In this document: positions 36,994 to 47,835 of the stretch, piece by piece
How positions within the stretch are numbered: position 1 is the stretch's first letter
Layout: each line of letters opens with the position of its first letter
Assembly (NCBI GenBank): GCA_902478865.1
Contig: CABSNA010000001.1
Coordinates: 1 to 47,835 of the forward strand
Direction: 5' to 3'
Length of the DNA: 47,835 nt
Source of the DNA: an uncultured Collinsella sp.
GTDB taxonomy: Bacteria > Actinomycetota > Coriobacteriia > Coriobacteriales > Coriobacteriaceae
The notes under the pieces: generated by a model
The model's input: only the letters and a program-made list of their open reading frames with translations
The model's database searches: none
What the model was told of the DNA's origin: nothing
Program-made: the position numbers and the translations under genes

Positions 36994-39735
36994 GTGGCAG
37001 ACGATATCAACAATAACGGGGGTATGGACGAGGCCGGCGATGCCGGTATGCCCGATGATCTGAAGCGCTTGCTTGCCCGTGCTGAGCAGGGCGAGGACGG
37101 CGATCCGGACGCCTATAACCCCGACGCCGATGATGATGAGGAGGAAGACGACGACGCCGAGCTCGAGGAGAGCTTTGGCGAAGTCGATCGCGGCGCCTCG
37201 GCCGGCGAGGATATCAACGGCGGCCAGCTCCAGATTTCGGAGTTCGGTCGCGAGATGAAGCAGTCGTTCATCGAGTATTCGATGTCGGTCATCACGGCGC
37301 GCGCCCTGCCGGACGTGCGCGACGGCTTAAAGCCGGTGCACCGCCGCATCCTGTACGCGATGAACGAGAGCGGCATCTACCCCAACCGACCGCACAAGAA
37401 GTCGGCCTGGACGGTCGGCGAAGTTATCGGTAAGTACCACCCGCACGGCGATTCCGCGGTCTATGAGGCCATGGTCCGCCTGGCGCAGTGGTTCTCCATG
37501 CGCACGCCGCTCATCGACGGTCACGGCAACTTCGGCAACATCGACGGCGACGGCGCGGCGGCCATGCGTTACACCGAGAGCCGCCTGGCAAAGCCCGCCA
37601 TGGAACTGTTGCGTGACTTGCAGAAGGATACCGTCGACTGGCAGCCCAACTACGACGAATCGCTCGCCGAGCCCGTGGCGCTGCCTGCGCGCTTCCCCAA
37701 CCTGCTGGTCAACGGCAGCCAGGGCATCGCCGTCGGCATGGCCACCAACATCGCTCCGCATAACCTCACCGAGGCGATCGAGGCCACCTGCTACCTGATC
37801 GACAACCCCGACGCCACCGTCGACGAGCTCATGCAGATCATGCCCGGTCCGGACTTCCCCACCGGCGCCATCATCATGGGCAGCGCCGGCATTAAGCAGA
37901 GCTACGAGACCGGCCGCGGCTCCATTACCGTGCGTGCCAAGGCACACGTGGAGTCCACCAAGACCGGCCGCAGCCGCCTGGTCTTTACCGAGATTCCCTA
38001 CATGGTCAACAAGGGCACCCTGCAGGAGAAGATCGCCCAGCTTGTCAACGACAAGCGCATCGAGGGCATCTCGGATATGCGCGATGAGTCCAACCAGAAG
38101 GGCATCCGTCTGGTCATCGAGCTCAAGAAGGGCGTCATTCCGCAGGTCGTGCTCAACAATCTGTATAAGTACACCTCGCTGCAGACGACCTTTGGCGCCA
38201 ACAACCTGGCACTCGTCAACGGCGTTCCCAAATGCCTGAGCCTGCGCGAGATGCTGCAGCACTACATCGACCACCAGGTCGACGTCGTCACCCGCCGCAC
38301 CCGCTTCGACCTTAAGAAGGCCCAGGCCCGCGCGCATATCCTCGAGGGCTACCTGATGGCCCTTGACCATATCGACGAGGTCATCAGCATCATCCGCTCC
38401 TCGCAGACCGACTCCGAGGCCAGCAGCCGACTGATCGAACGCTTTGGCTTTACGCCCGAGCAGACCACGGCCATCCTCGAGATGAAGCTGCGCCGCCTGA
38501 CCGGCCTGGAGCGCGACAAGATCCAGGAAGAGCTGGACGGCCTGCGCCGCGCCATCGCCTACTACGAGGACCTGCTGGCGCATGAGGAGAAGATCCTGGG
38601 CGTCATCAAAGAAGAGATGCGCGAGATCTCCAAGAAGTTTGGCGACAAACGCCGCACCGAGATCAGCCAGGTTGAGAAGGACCTGGATGTCGAGGACCTC
38701 ATCGCCGACGAGGATATGGTCGTGACCATCACCCACACCGGCTACGTTAAGCGTATCCCGGTGGCTGCCTACCGCGCCCAGAAGCGCGGCGGCAAGGGCG
38801 TGTCGGGCGTCAACCTCAAAGAGGATGACGTTATCGACGAGATGTTTATCGCATCCACGCACGAGTACGTGCTGTTCTTCTCGAGCAAGGGCAAGGTCTA
38901 TCGCCTGAAGGTGCACGAGCTGCCGGTGGGTACGCGCCAGGCGCGCGGTACCGCGATCGTCAACCTGCTGCCCTTCGAGGAGGGCGAGAAGATCGCGAGC
39001 GTCATCAGCTGCCGCGATTTCCCGGCCGACGAGTACCTGATGTTTGCCACCAAGAGTGGCATGGTCAAGAAGACCGTGATGAGCGCTTACGATCGTAGTC
39101 GCCGTGATGGACTCATTGCCATCAACCTGCGCGACGACGACGCACTGCTGAACGTGCGCCGCGTGCGCGAGGGTGACAAGATTATCCTGGCCACCACCGC
39201 GGGCAAGGCGATCATGTTCTCCGAGGAGCAGCTGCGCGCCACCGGCCGCGACACCAGCGGCGTTCGCGGTATCGGTCTGAAGGACGGTGTGAGCGTTCTG
39301 GGCATGGAAGTCACTAACGGCAACGGCGATCTGTTCGTCATCACCGAGCGCGGCTACGGCAAGCGCACGCCGGTCGCGGACTATCCGGAGCAGAATCGCG
39401 GCGGTCAGGGCGTCTACACCATCCAAATGACCGAGCGTAAGGGTAACCTCGCGGCCATGAAGACGGTGGGCCCACAGCACGAGCTGTTCATCGTGACGGA
39501 GGGCGCGACGGTCATTCGCGTCAAGACCGACGAGATCAGCCAGACCGGCCGTGCCACCCAGGGCGTCAAGATGATGACCGTCGACGACAACGACCGCGTA
39601 TGCGCCGTAGCCCGCATGACGGCAGCCAAAGAGAAGCCCGAAGGCGAAGCAACAGAAGACGGTTCTGCCCCCGAAGAAGCCCCAGTCGATCTAGGCGATG
39701 GCAACGACATGCCAGAAGATCTCCTAGACGAGTAA
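36994..39735 (+). CDS. gyrA: DNA gyrase subunit A
   Basis: [30 protein letters not shown] and GyrA-box QKRGGKG. Confidence 0.98.
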   Translation: MADDINNNGGMDEAGDAGMPDDLKRLLARAEQGEDGDPDAYNPDADDDEEEDDDAELEESFGEVDRGASAGEDINGGQLQISEFGREMKQSFIEYSMSVITARALPDVRDGLKPVHRRILYAMNESGIYPNRPHKKSAWTVGEVIGKYHPHGDSAVYEAMVRLAQWFSMRTPLIDGHGNFGNIDGDGAAAMRYTESRLAKPAMELLRDLQKDTVDWQPNYDESLAEPVALPARFPNLLVNGSQGIAVGMATNIAPHNLTEAIEATCYLIDNPDATVDELMQIMPGPDFPTGAIIMGSAGIKQSYETGRGSITVRAKAHVESTKTGRSRLVFTEIPYMVNKGTLQEKIAQLVNDKRIEGISDMRDESNQKGIRLVIELKKGVIPQVVLNNLYKYTSLQTTFGANNLALVNGVPKCLSLREMLQHYIDHQVDVVTRRTRFDLKKAQARAHILEGYLMALDHIDEVISIIRSSQTDSEASSRLIERFGFTPEQTTAILEMKLRRLTGLERDKIQEELDGLRRAIAYYEDLLAHEEKILGVIKEEMREISKKFGDKRRTEISQVEKDLDVEDLIADEDMVVTITHTGYVKRIPVAAYRAQKRGGKGVSGVNLKEDDVIDEMFIASTHEYVLFFSSKGKVYRLKVHELPVGTRQARGTAIVNLLPFEEGEKIASVISCRDFPADEYLMFATKSGMVKKTVMSAYDRSRRDGLIAINLRDDDALLNVRRVREGDKIILATTAGKAIMFSEEQLRATGRDTSGVRGIGLKDGVSVLGMEVTNGNGDLFVITERGYGKRTPVADYPEQNRGGQGVYTIQMTERKGNLAAMKTVGPQHELFIVTEGATVIRVKTDEISQTGRATQGVKMMTVDDNDRVCAVARMTAAKEKPEGEATEDGSAPEEAPVDLGDGNDMPEDLLDE

Positions 39736-39775
39736 GAGGCTCTAGCTGGTAAAAATCATCAGACCCCATATATCG

Positions 39776-39808
39776 GCGGTCGGCGCACTGCGCGCCGACC
39801 GCTTTTTT
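39776..39808 (+). terminator. Intrinsic terminator after gyrA
   Basis: Perfect 11-bp stem gcggtcggcgc / gcgccgaccgc followed by T6. Confidence 0.9.
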
Positions 39809-39987
39809 GAAAACCTTTGAACCCCACGTCGCCCCCGGCTGCCCGGCGGCATGCGAAGTCGATCGCGAGTTCCGCACGAGCAGGAGAGCACTTAATGTGC
39901 TCTCCGTGCGAGCAGGACTGTCCGAGCAGGCGACTTCGCATGCCGCCGGGCAGCCGGGGGCGACACCCCTCAAAGATTTTCAAAAAA
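39803..39987. repeat. 185-bp nested palindromic element (REP/MITE-like)
   Basis: Outer 18-bp IR (39803-39820 / 39970-39987, 1 mismatch), perfect 34-bp IR (39828-39861 / 39931-39964), apical 9-bp stem ggagagcac-ttaat-gtgctctcc (39883-39905). Confidence 0.9.
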
Positions 39988-39991
39988 GTTG

Positions 39992-40021
39992 TTGACGCGC
40001 GCGTAACGACTCGTCTAATAT
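39992..40021 (+). promoter_or_regulatory. Probable promoter of the tRNA operon
   Basis: TTGACG (39992), 18 bp spacer, TAATAT (40016), 14 bp before tRNA-Ile. Confidence 0.6.
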
Positions 40022-40035
40022 ATCCCTTGCGCGAT

Positions 40036-40112
40036 GGACCTGTAGCTCAGTTGGTTAGAGCGTCCGGCTGATAACCGGGAGGTCACAAGTTCGAATCTTG
40101 TCAGGTCCACCA
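40036..40112 (+). tRNA. tRNA-Ile (GAT)
   Basis: 77-nt cloverleaf, anticodon arm CCGG-CTGATAA-CCGG, CCA end. Confidence 0.98.
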
Positions 40113-40179
40113 CTTTCTTTCGCAATAAACACCCCAGCGAGAGCCGAGTCGCCGCTGGGGTGTTTATTACTGTCTCCGT

Positions 40180-40255
40180 GGGGGTTTAGCTCAGCTGGGA
40201 GAGCGCGGGCTTTGCAAGCCTGAGGTCAGGGGTTCGATCCCCCTAACCTCCACCA
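40180..40255 (+). tRNA. tRNA-Ala (TGC)
   Basis: 76 nt, acceptor GGGGGTT/AACCTCC with G3:U70, anticodon loop TT-TGC-AA, CCA end. Confidence 0.98.
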
Positions 40256-40259
40256 TGAT

Positions 40260-40336
40260 GGACCTGTAGCTCAGTTGGTTAGAGCGTCCGGCTGATAACC
40301 GGGAGGTCACAAGTTCGAATCTTGTCAGGTCCACCA
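40260..40336 (+). tRNA. tRNA-Ile (GAT), second identical copy
   Basis: Identical to 40036-40112. Confidence 0.98.
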
Positions 40337-40346
40337 TCAAAACTGT

Positions 40347-40383
40347 GAAGAGCCCTGGGGCATTGCCTCGGGGCTTTTTTCTT
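40347..40383 (+). terminator. Terminator of the tRNA operon
   Basis: Stem agagccctgggg / cctcggggcttt followed by a T run. Confidence 0.8.
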
Positions 40384-40494
40384 GTCTGCGATAAATCTCA
40401 TTTTGGTTTTGTGTGCTGTGCGAAAGTTTGGGTAGTATAGCTATTCAATGCGGCGGACTGCCGCGTGTTAACCGCTACGTACCGGAGGTGTTCC

Positions 40495-40995
40495 ATGGTT
40501 CGTGTCGACATAGAGACCATCGTCATGGCCGCCGGTCCCGTGCCATCGCTTATCGTGCTTCGCGAGCGCTGCAGCAAATCGGACTCGCCCGCGCCACTGC
40601 GTTCCCTTTCCATTCAGACTGGTTCGTTTGAAGCTGCTGCCATCAGCCGCGGCATCGATAGCGGTCGCGCCGAGCGCCCGATTACCCATGACCTGTTGCT
40701 CGATACTGTTGGCGCCCTGGGCGCCAAGCTCGAGCGCATCGAGATCGTTCGCGCCGAGCCGCCGGTGTTCTACGCGACGATCGTCGTACTGGCCGATGGT
40801 GGCGAGCGCAAGATCGACGCCCGCCCCAGTGATGCCATTGCCCTTGCCGTGCGCAGCAATGCCCCCATGTTTGTGGAGGACGACATCATGAATCGCCTGG
40901 GCACTGTTTCTACCCACGCCGAGGAAGTCGACGACGAGCAGGAGTTCGAGAAGTTCGACGAGTTCGTCCATACGCTCTCCCCCGATGACTTCTAA
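40495..40995 (+). CDS. Bifunctional nuclease family protein (DUF151/BFN)
   Basis: EAAAI..RPITHDLL..FYA..IDARPSDAIALA; ATG at 40495 after GGAGG. Confidence 0.92.
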   Translation: MVRVDIETIVMAAGPVPSLIVLRERCSKSDSPAPLRSLSIQTGSFEAAAISRGIDSGRAERPITHDLLLDTVGALGAKLERIEIVRAEPPVFYATIVVLADGGERKIDARPSDAIALAVRSNAPMFVEDDIMNRLGTVSTHAEEVDDEQEFEKFDEFVHTLSPDDF

Positions 40996-41385
40996 ATGCG
41001 GGGCGTCCAGGTTGCGGAGCGTTCGCTGATGGCCGGCGGTATGTCGGCTGAGGCGGCTGCGATCGCCCGCGAGGCCCAGATGCGCTCGGAGGCTTCTGAG
41101 GCGGCTCGCATTGCCTATGTGACGCAGGCCCGCACGCTTCGCGAGCGCCGTGGCTCGTTTATCAAGATGGTTGTCGTCTCCGTCCTTGTCACGGCAATCT
41201 GCTCGCGCCTTCGTGGTACAGTTGGTGCGCTTGGGTTTTCGATCTCTACGGGCCTTGTGATCTGGGGTGTGATCGATGCGGTAATGCTGACCAGTCAGAT
41301 CAAGGTGCTCGACAAGCGCGCAGCGGACATGATGCGCGCCCGCGACGCTGCCGCCAGGATCGCCGCCGAGGCACAAGAACTGTAA
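40996..41385 (+). CDS. Hypothetical membrane protein (two TM helices)
   Basis: 129-aa ORF starting immediately after the DUF151 stop; two hydrophobic segments. Confidence 0.7.
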   Translation: MRGVQVAERSLMAGGMSAEAAAIAREAQMRSEASEAARIAYVTQARTLRERRGSFIKMVVVSVLVTAICSRLRGTVGALGFSISTGLVIWGVIDAVMLTSQIKVLDKRAADMMRARDAAARIAAEAQEL

Positions 41386-41415
41386 CGACGCCAGACTCGA
41401 TGGGAAGGTCTAAAG

Positions 41416-41865
41416 ATGGCACAGGATATGCAGGACGCCGGTAACGTCTCCGCCGAGCTCGACGCCATGGTGTGCGATCTGATCGGCGCGTTCTTGGACG
41501 ACCTTGCCGCCGGTGAAAACCCTGGCGTAGTTGTGGCGATTGAGGACGCTGCTTCCAACCGATATCTGGCGGCGCTTGACGAGGACGGCGAAGAGGCGTG
41601 CCTCGAGGCGGCCACCAACTTTATCTCCGAGCACAAGATGGGTCTTAAGGACGAGGGCCTGGGCCGTATCGCCCGCTATGCCATCGGCTACACCGGCTGC
41701 GTCGAGATTGACGGCGGCTATCACGATGCTCTGCTCGTGAGCTTCTTCGAAACCACGCTCGAGAGTGGTTTTTCGGCATATGTGCTGTATGAGGGCATGG
41801 GCGCCGGCGATGGTTTTATGTGGAGCGACCCTGAACCTGCAGGTGAGGAAACCCCTCTCATCTAA
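41416..41865 (+). CDS. Acidic hypothetical protein
   Basis: 149-aa ORF with GGAAGG RBS and host-like GC-rich codons; no family recognised. Confidence 0.75.
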   Translation: MAQDMQDAGNVSAELDAMVCDLIGAFLDDLAAGENPGVVVAIEDAASNRYLAALDEDGEEACLEAATNFISEHKMGLKDEGLGRIARYAIGYTGCVEIDGGYHDALLVSFFETTLESGFSAYVLYEGMGAGDGFMWSDPEPAGEETPLI

Positions 41866-41982
41866 AATCGCTAAAATAAACGAGTTTTCGGTAAAAGGCT
41901 CAATATTCCCGCTGAGCGTTGTATCGCTGGGCGGGCCGCATACGCGTGCCGGTTGTATATAGATAGAAGATAGGGGAACTAC

Positions 41983-43821
41983 ATGCGCGTAGACAATCTG
42001 AGGAACATCGCCATCATCGCTCACGTCGACCACGGCAAGACGACGATGGTCGACAAGCTCCTGCGTGCCACGGACGCCTTCCGTGCCAACCAGCAGGTCG
42101 AGGACCGCGTCCTGGATTCCAACGACCAGGAGCGCGAGCGCGGCATTACGATTCTCGCCAAGAACATCTCTATCGAGTACAAGGACGTCAAGATCAACGT
42201 CATCGACACCCCGGGCCACGCCGACTTTGGCGGCGAGGTCGAGCGCGTGCTGCGTATGGCCGACGGCGCCCTGCTGCTGGTCGACGCTTTTGAGGGCCCC
42301 ATGCCCCAGACCCGCTTCGTGCTGCGTCACGCTATCGACACCGGCCTTAAGATCATGATCGTAATCAACAAGATCGACCGTCCGGGTGCCAACCCCGAGA
42401 AGGCCTACAACGACTGCCTCGACCTTATGGCCGACCTGGGCGCTACCGACGACCAGCTTGAGTTCGCCATGGAGCACGTGGTCTACGCCAGCGCCATGAA
42501 TGGCTTTGCCCGCCTTGACCCCAACGACGGCAACATGGACATGTATCCGCTGCTCGATATGATCATCGACGACATGCCCGCGCCCGAGGTTGACGAGAAC
42601 GCCCCGCTGGCCATGCAGTGCGTGACCATCGACCACTCCAACTTTGTCGGCCGCATCGGTATCGGTCGCGTGTACTCCGGCGCCATTCACCAGGGCGACC
42701 AGATCCTGGTTGTGAAGAACGACGGCTCCAGCGCCACCGCTACCGTCAAACAGCTCTTTACCTTCGACTACCTGGGCCGCACCGAGTGCCAGGAAGTCGG
42801 CGCCGGCGACATCGCCGCTGTCGTGGGCATTGACCGCACCGATATCGGCGATGTCTACACCGATCCCGAGAACCCCGTCGAGCTCGAGCCCATCGAGATC
42901 GACCCGCCGACCCTGTCCATCGTCTTTGAGGCTTCGACCTCCCCGCTCGTCGGTCGCGACGGCGACATCGTGGGCGCCCGTCAGCTCAAGGAGCGCCTGT
43001 TCAACGAGGCCGAGAACAACGTGACCATGAAGATCGAGGAGCTCGAGGACAAGAGCGGCGTCGAGGTCTCGGGCCGCGGCATCCTGCACCTGTCCGTCCT
43101 GATGGAGTCCATGCGCCGCGAGGGCTTTGAGTTCCAGGTCGGCCGTCCCCGCGTTCTGTTTAAGAAGGACGAGAACGGCAACAAGATGGAGCCTGTCGAG
43201 CAGGCCGTCGTCGAGTGCCCGGACGAGTACTCGGGCAAGGTCGTTGAGGTCTTCGGTACCTCCGGCGGCATCATGACGAGCATGGATACCTCGGGCATCG
43301 TGACGCACCTTGAGTTTAAGATCCCGACGCGTGGCATCATGGGCCTTAAGAACCGCATCATGAACGTCACCCACGGCGAAGGCGTGTTCTACCACACCTT
43401 CCTGGAGTATGGTCCTTACGCCGGCGAGATCGGCAACCGTCAGAACGGCGCCATGATTTCCATGACCACCGAGAAGGCCGTTGCCTACGCTCTGGGTACG
43501 CTGCAGGAGCGCGGTCAGCTGTTTGTTGAGCCGGGCACCGAATGCTATGAGGGCATGATCGTGGGCGAGCGTAGCAAGGCTGGCGACATGGTCGTCAACA
43601 TCGCGCGTACCAAGAACCTGGGCAACCAGCGTTCCTCGACCTCCGATATCTCCGTCCAGCTGGTGCCGCCCCGCACCTTCTCGCTGGAGGAGGCGCTGGA
43701 GTACATCGCCGACGACGAGCTGGTCGAGATTACTCCCAAGAACATCCGCTTGCGCAAGCGTCTGCTCAACGCCACCGACCGCAAGAAGGCTGCTGTCCGC
43801 GCCGGTCAGGTCAACAAATAA
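41983..43821 (+). CDS. typA: Translational GTPase TypA/BipA
   Basis: [41 protein letters not shown] and [14 protein letters not shown]. Confidence 0.97.
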   Translation: MRVDNLRNIAIIAHVDHGKTTMVDKLLRATDAFRANQQVEDRVLDSNDQERERGITILAKNISIEYKDVKINVIDTPGHADFGGEVERVLRMADGALLLVDAFEGPMPQTRFVLRHAIDTGLKIMIVINKIDRPGANPEKAYNDCLDLMADLGATDDQLEFAMEHVVYASAMNGFARLDPNDGNMDMYPLLDMIIDDMPAPEVDENAPLAMQCVTIDHSNFVGRIGIGRVYSGAIHQGDQILVVKNDGSSATATVKQLFTFDYLGRTECQEVGAGDIAAVVGIDRTDIGDVYTDPENPVELEPIEIDPPTLSIVFEASTSPLVGRDGDIVGARQLKERLFNEAENNVTMKIEELEDKSGVEVSGRGILHLSVLMESMRREGFEFQVGRPRVLFKKDENGNKMEPVEQAVVECPDEYSGKVVEVFGTSGGIMTSMDTSGIVTHLEFKIPTRGIMGLKNRIMNVTHGEGVFYHTFLEYGPYAGEIGNRQNGAMISMTTEKAVAYALGTLQERGQLFVEPGTECYEGMIVGERSKAGDMVVNIARTKNLGNQRSSTSDISVQLVPPRTFSLEEALEYIADDELVEITPKNIRLRKRLLNATDRKKAAVRAGQVNK

Positions 43822-43848
43822 GCGCTGGGCTTTATAGCGAGTAACAAG

Positions 43849-43883
43849 AAAGGGCGTCGACCATCGCGGTCGGCGCCCTTTTT
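43849..43883 (+). terminator. Terminator after typA
   Basis: Stem aaagggcgtcgacc / ggtcggcgcccttt followed by a T run. Confidence 0.88.
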
Positions 43884-44244
43884 GGTGCAAGGGGACAGGT
43901 TACTTTGCACCACAGCGGGGGGGCGTTATCCCCCGAGCGGCTTTCGGGTCAAAGTTAAGTTGTTTAAACATATACATAATTCGATAGAATATAACTGCTT
44001 TAATGCAAAACCGTTAACAGGTAAATATCAACTGGTATTAAATTAAAAGACCTCTTGACCTGCGGTTTACATGATTGGTATCTATATTATATTTTATGCA
44101 TTGTGGTATAGACGAACCGTCTTAGAAGTTGCCCCCAATGGGTTCTTGCAATGCGCTAGGTAGGTTCTCGTGGATGTTGGGGTTTGTGTTCGATCCGACG
44201 ATTCGCCGTATTCCACACCGTGTTGTAGGAATTAGGGGACAACT

Positions 44245-47200
44245 ATGGACGCACACCGCTCACAGTCGCTGGGTATGGCGGCCCTGGTCTTTATTTTAAT
44301 TAGCCTCACCGCCGCCGTTTTTCACGGTGTAGCCCCCGTGCGCGCCGAGGATGTGAGCACACCAACGCCGATTGTGATTGATGGGAAGACGGCGACGGTT
44401 GATGTCAGGCTGTATACCGATGAGAACCATACTCAAGAGCTCAAGGATCCTGTAACGTCCACTTCGACGCTCTATGGAGCTTTCTTGGCACAATTCAAAA
44501 GCGGTAAGGCGCCTTCGCCCGAGAACTATATCGCTGTCTATGAGCTACCCGACACCATCGTCGTTGATGAAAACGCGGGTGGCAACCTCATGGAGGGTCC
44601 GGAAGCTTCTGCTGCCCAAGCTGGCACGTGGAAGATCGAGGGCAATAAGGTTGTCTTTACGTTTGACAAGGCGTGGCTCGCAAAAAACCCTGCGAATATC
44701 CATGTCGCGGCAAACTTCTCGTTCCAGCTTTCAAACAAAGACATCGGCGCCGGCGGCAATGTGTCTGTCGAGTTTCCTGGCAAGGGATCGATAAATATTC
44801 CCATCAAGGACGGTAGGGTTACGAATAAGAGGAAGTCGGGGGTTTTCTCTCAGGGTCCCGATGGCGTGGCCAAAGTCACCTGGACCGTTGAGCTCACAGT
44901 CGAGTCGTATGTCACGAACGTCAAGTTCACTGATACGCTGGGTGATAACTTTAGCTTTGTGGAGCGCAGCTTTAAGCTCGATAACAAGACGATTGGATCG
45001 CAGCCAAAAATCGAAGGCCAGACCGCGACCATCGAGAACTTAGGCAGTCTTCCCCAGGGTGTCCATACGATTACGTATGAAACCAAGCTGAAGAGCGGTA
45101 TCTCCGTGGATAACGGAGAGTTCATCAACGGCCAGGAAGCCTCAAAGAACATGGCGTCGTGGGAGTGGGGCGGTGCCAACGATCGTCAGAACGGCACGGT
45201 TACGGCTGCCCCCAGCCCCTTTCGTTACGACATGATTGGCAAGTCTAGCGACCGCAATAGCACGCCGTCCGACATCACATGGACCGTCACGCTCAACCAA
45301 GGCGAGCTCAAGGCCGACATGAGCGGCTACGTGTTCACCGATAATCTGGACGATAAGCAGACGTATACGGGGGCTATACGGTTTATAAGGGCAGCTCGGG
45401 TTTGGAGGTCCTCAAGGAGGGCGAGCTCGATTCGTCGCAGAGCTCCTTTACCTACAAGTTTCCGACTGACCTTGAGGATAAGTACATCACCTATCGCATT
45501 GTTTATCACACCAAGATGAATGAAACGGGTTCGTATGACACCGTGCGCAACAGCGCAACGATCGAGCACGATGGTTCCGTTTCCGGCACTGGTAAAGGTG
45601 AGTTTACGCCGCAGTTGGTGGGCACACCGATCACCAAGGAACTCGTGGGTCGAGAGAATGCTGCAACAACTGGCGAGGCGAAGTGGAAGACGCGCGTGGC
45701 ACTGAAAGCTATCGTCAATGCGGCCAACCTTGATAAGGTGACGGTGAAGGACACGTTTCAATCAGCGTGGAAACAAGATATCGGCGTTGATGTCAACTCA
45801 ATAAAGATCAAGATTGGTGAAACTGAGCTAGTTCGAGGCGACGACTGGAAGCTGACGACAAATGAGCTGAAAGATGGAAATAACGTTGTGCAGAAGGATG
45901 GGCACAAAAGAAACTTCAACCTCGACATAAACATTAACGACAAGGTGAAGGCGGCTCTCGCGAACGAGGATTACGCCGACATCACGTACACCACCACTTC
46001 TGATGCGCTGCCGGGCTGGTACTCGAACTTCGCATCTGTTACGGTGCCGGGGCAGAATGGCGGTTGGCCGTACTACACCGATAGCCCAATGTATGTCGTC
46101 AACAAGGAAACGACGCCCGCGGTCGAGAAGCCAGAAGCGGAGTCGAAGGTAACTTGGAACGAGGACTTCGACTGGAGTGCCGTTGACGGCTCGAACGAGA
46201 AGGGAGCCTGGGTCGTCGACTGGACGGTGTACGCGAATCGCCAGAAGACCGCGGCAGGAGATTGTTATGGAGCTGGAAAGCTCGGCCGCGTACCGCTGAA
46301 CATCATCGATACCATTCCGGACGGGATGAGCTATGTCGCGGGTTCCGCAAAGTACACGATTGTGCAGAACCCCTACGATCTACATGCGGGGCTTGGGCGC
46401 GGAGGCGAGGCCAAGGAGGTCGTTACGGGTCAGACGCTTGCCGCCAGCAACATCATCACCAACGGCAACACGGTCACCTTCTCCATTCCCACGACGGAAC
46501 TCGGCGACTACGCCGGTTACGCCAAGCTTACGTACCAGACGGCGGTCAAGCGCAGCGAGCTCGACACATCCACGAACGAGGTGAAGTTCACCAATTCTGC
46601 GCGCGCCGAGTCGGGAAGCAAGAAATTCGACTCTGGCAGTGGTGCTGTCACCATTAAGAACAACGTTATCAAGAAGACCGGCGAACAGGTCGACAATAGC
46701 AATCGCATCAAGTACACCATTTTCGTTAACGAGTCAGCTGTCGATCTTGAGAGTGGCACTGGTGTCCTCGAGCTGGTCGATACCATGGATGCCAAGTGCA
46801 CGTTGGTGCCGTCGACGCTTAAGGTCTATGAGCGCGTGAACAACGATTGGTCTGAACTGGCCGATAAGGATTATTCGTCAGAGATGGAACAGGTCAACAA
46901 CGAGTCTGGCTCATGTACGAGATTGACACTTAACGTGCCCGATGAGAAATACCTCAAGGTCGAGTACGAGGTCATCCCGAGCGGAAATCCTGGCAACAAG
47001 GTTCCTCTTTCCAATACCGCCATGCTTACAGGTGTGAAGGACGGTTCTGCGACTGATGATCAAACATGGGAAATTAAAAAAGCTTCTGCCAGCGCGGGTG
47101 GCAACGGTTACGGCATCACGATGGCCAAGTACGACGCCCAGCAGGTTGGAGCGACGCTCAAGGGTGCGGAGTTTACGCTCTACAGCGTGAATATGGACCA

Positions 47201-47835
47201 GGTTGCAACGGTGGGTATCGAGAATGCAAGGACTGAGTTTGAAACCGCCCCCACCGACGCCAACGGCAAAATCTCGTTTGGCGCAGAAGACAAGGCGATG
47301 GTAAATTGCGTGCTCTACCAGCTCGTGGAGACGAAAGCGCCTGACGGCTATGACGCGGCGGCGCCCACGTGGATCATGCTTAAGGGCAATGCTGACGATG
47401 AGAAGTATCAAACTGAGCTCAATAAAGCGAAGAGCATCGTCAAAGACTCCGAAATCATCGGCGATGACAAAAAGGACGAGATCTGGATCTACGACAATCG
47501 CCTAATGGGCTCTGTGGATATCAAGGCGCAGAAGGTGCTCGAAGGTGGAACATTCAAGGCGGGGCAGTTCTCGTTTGAACTTAAGGATGACAAGGGTAGG
47601 GTGCTCAAGACTGTAACGAACGGTGCCGACGGTAGCATTTCCTTTAGCGTTGAGTGCAACAAAGCCGGTACCTACACTTACACCATCTCGGAGGTCGTTC
47701 CCAAGGACGCTGTGAATGGCGTCAAGGACCACATCACCTACGATGGGGCTGTGTACAACGTCAAAGTTGAGGTGACTAACGGTAAGAAGCAGCTCGATAC
47801 CAAGGTCACTTACGCCCCCGCCGACCCCACGACCC
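44245..47835 (+). pseudogene. Large surface adhesin (CnaA-like, SpaA and FctA/Spy0128-like domains), frameshifted at 45369-45373, truncated by the window end
   Basis: Signal peptide and Ig-like repeats in the 44245 frame. After G5 at 45369-45373 the protein continues in the -1 frame (GYTVYKGSSG...), open to 47835, with LKGAEFTLY..YQLVETKAPDGY and KVLEGG..GQFSFEL..GTYTYTISE motifs. May be an intact gene with an assembly error. Confidence 0.8.

Noticed and set aside
37430..37475. Fluoroquinolone-resistance mutation in gyrA
   Set aside because: The QRDR reads HGDSAVYE, with Ser and an acidic residue at the 83 and 87 equivalents.
43883..43912. Short IR tggtgcaa / ttgcacca around ggggacaggttac after the typA terminator, possibly REP-like
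   Set aside because: Only an 8-bp stem seen once in the window; needs a genome-wide copy search.
45520..47732. Small ORFs listed in the last 2.3 kb
   Set aside because: All overlap the stop-free plus-strand continuation of the adhesin, which the ORF track missed because it has no stop in the window.

Overview
High-GC Coriobacteriia chromosome segment, most likely Collinsella (inferred from gene content and codon style), spanning the replication origin. The core is parB-parA-rsmG-jag-yidC-yidD-rnpA-rpmH on the minus strand, divergent from [extra GHKL-wHTH gene]-dnaA-oriC-dnaN-recF-dciA-gyrB-gyrA-tRNA Ile/Ala/Ile on the plus strand. Gene orientation flips at about 28.5 kb, as expected at oriC. 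The left arm has an M29 aminopeptidase, purC, an OmpR-type two-component pair, a Tat lipoprotein, a TSCPD protein, purB, tRNA-Gly(CCC) with 3'-end-linked repeats, a thioester/SpaA sortase-anchored adhesin, a very large degenerate M28 membrane peptidase, a PafB/PafC-like WYL pair, a DEDDh-DinG fusion, ddl and rlmN. The right arm has a DUF151 nuclease, two hypotheticals, typA and a large surface adhesin broken by a 1-nt frameshift in a G run that continues off the window. Most notable observations: (1) a GHKL ATPase / Q-Y-P-rich linker / winged-helix gene between rpmH and dnaA, 15 bp from dnaA and preceded by DnaA-box-like sites; (2) origin boxes reading TTTTCAACA rather than TTATCCACA, alongside substitutions in the DnaA recognition helix; (3) an M28 pseudo-peptidase with about 600 acidic disordered residues; (4) structured repeats rebuilding the tRNA-Gly 3' end; (5) a 185-bp palindromic element before the tRNA operon. 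All calls come from reading motifs by eye; no database searches were run.
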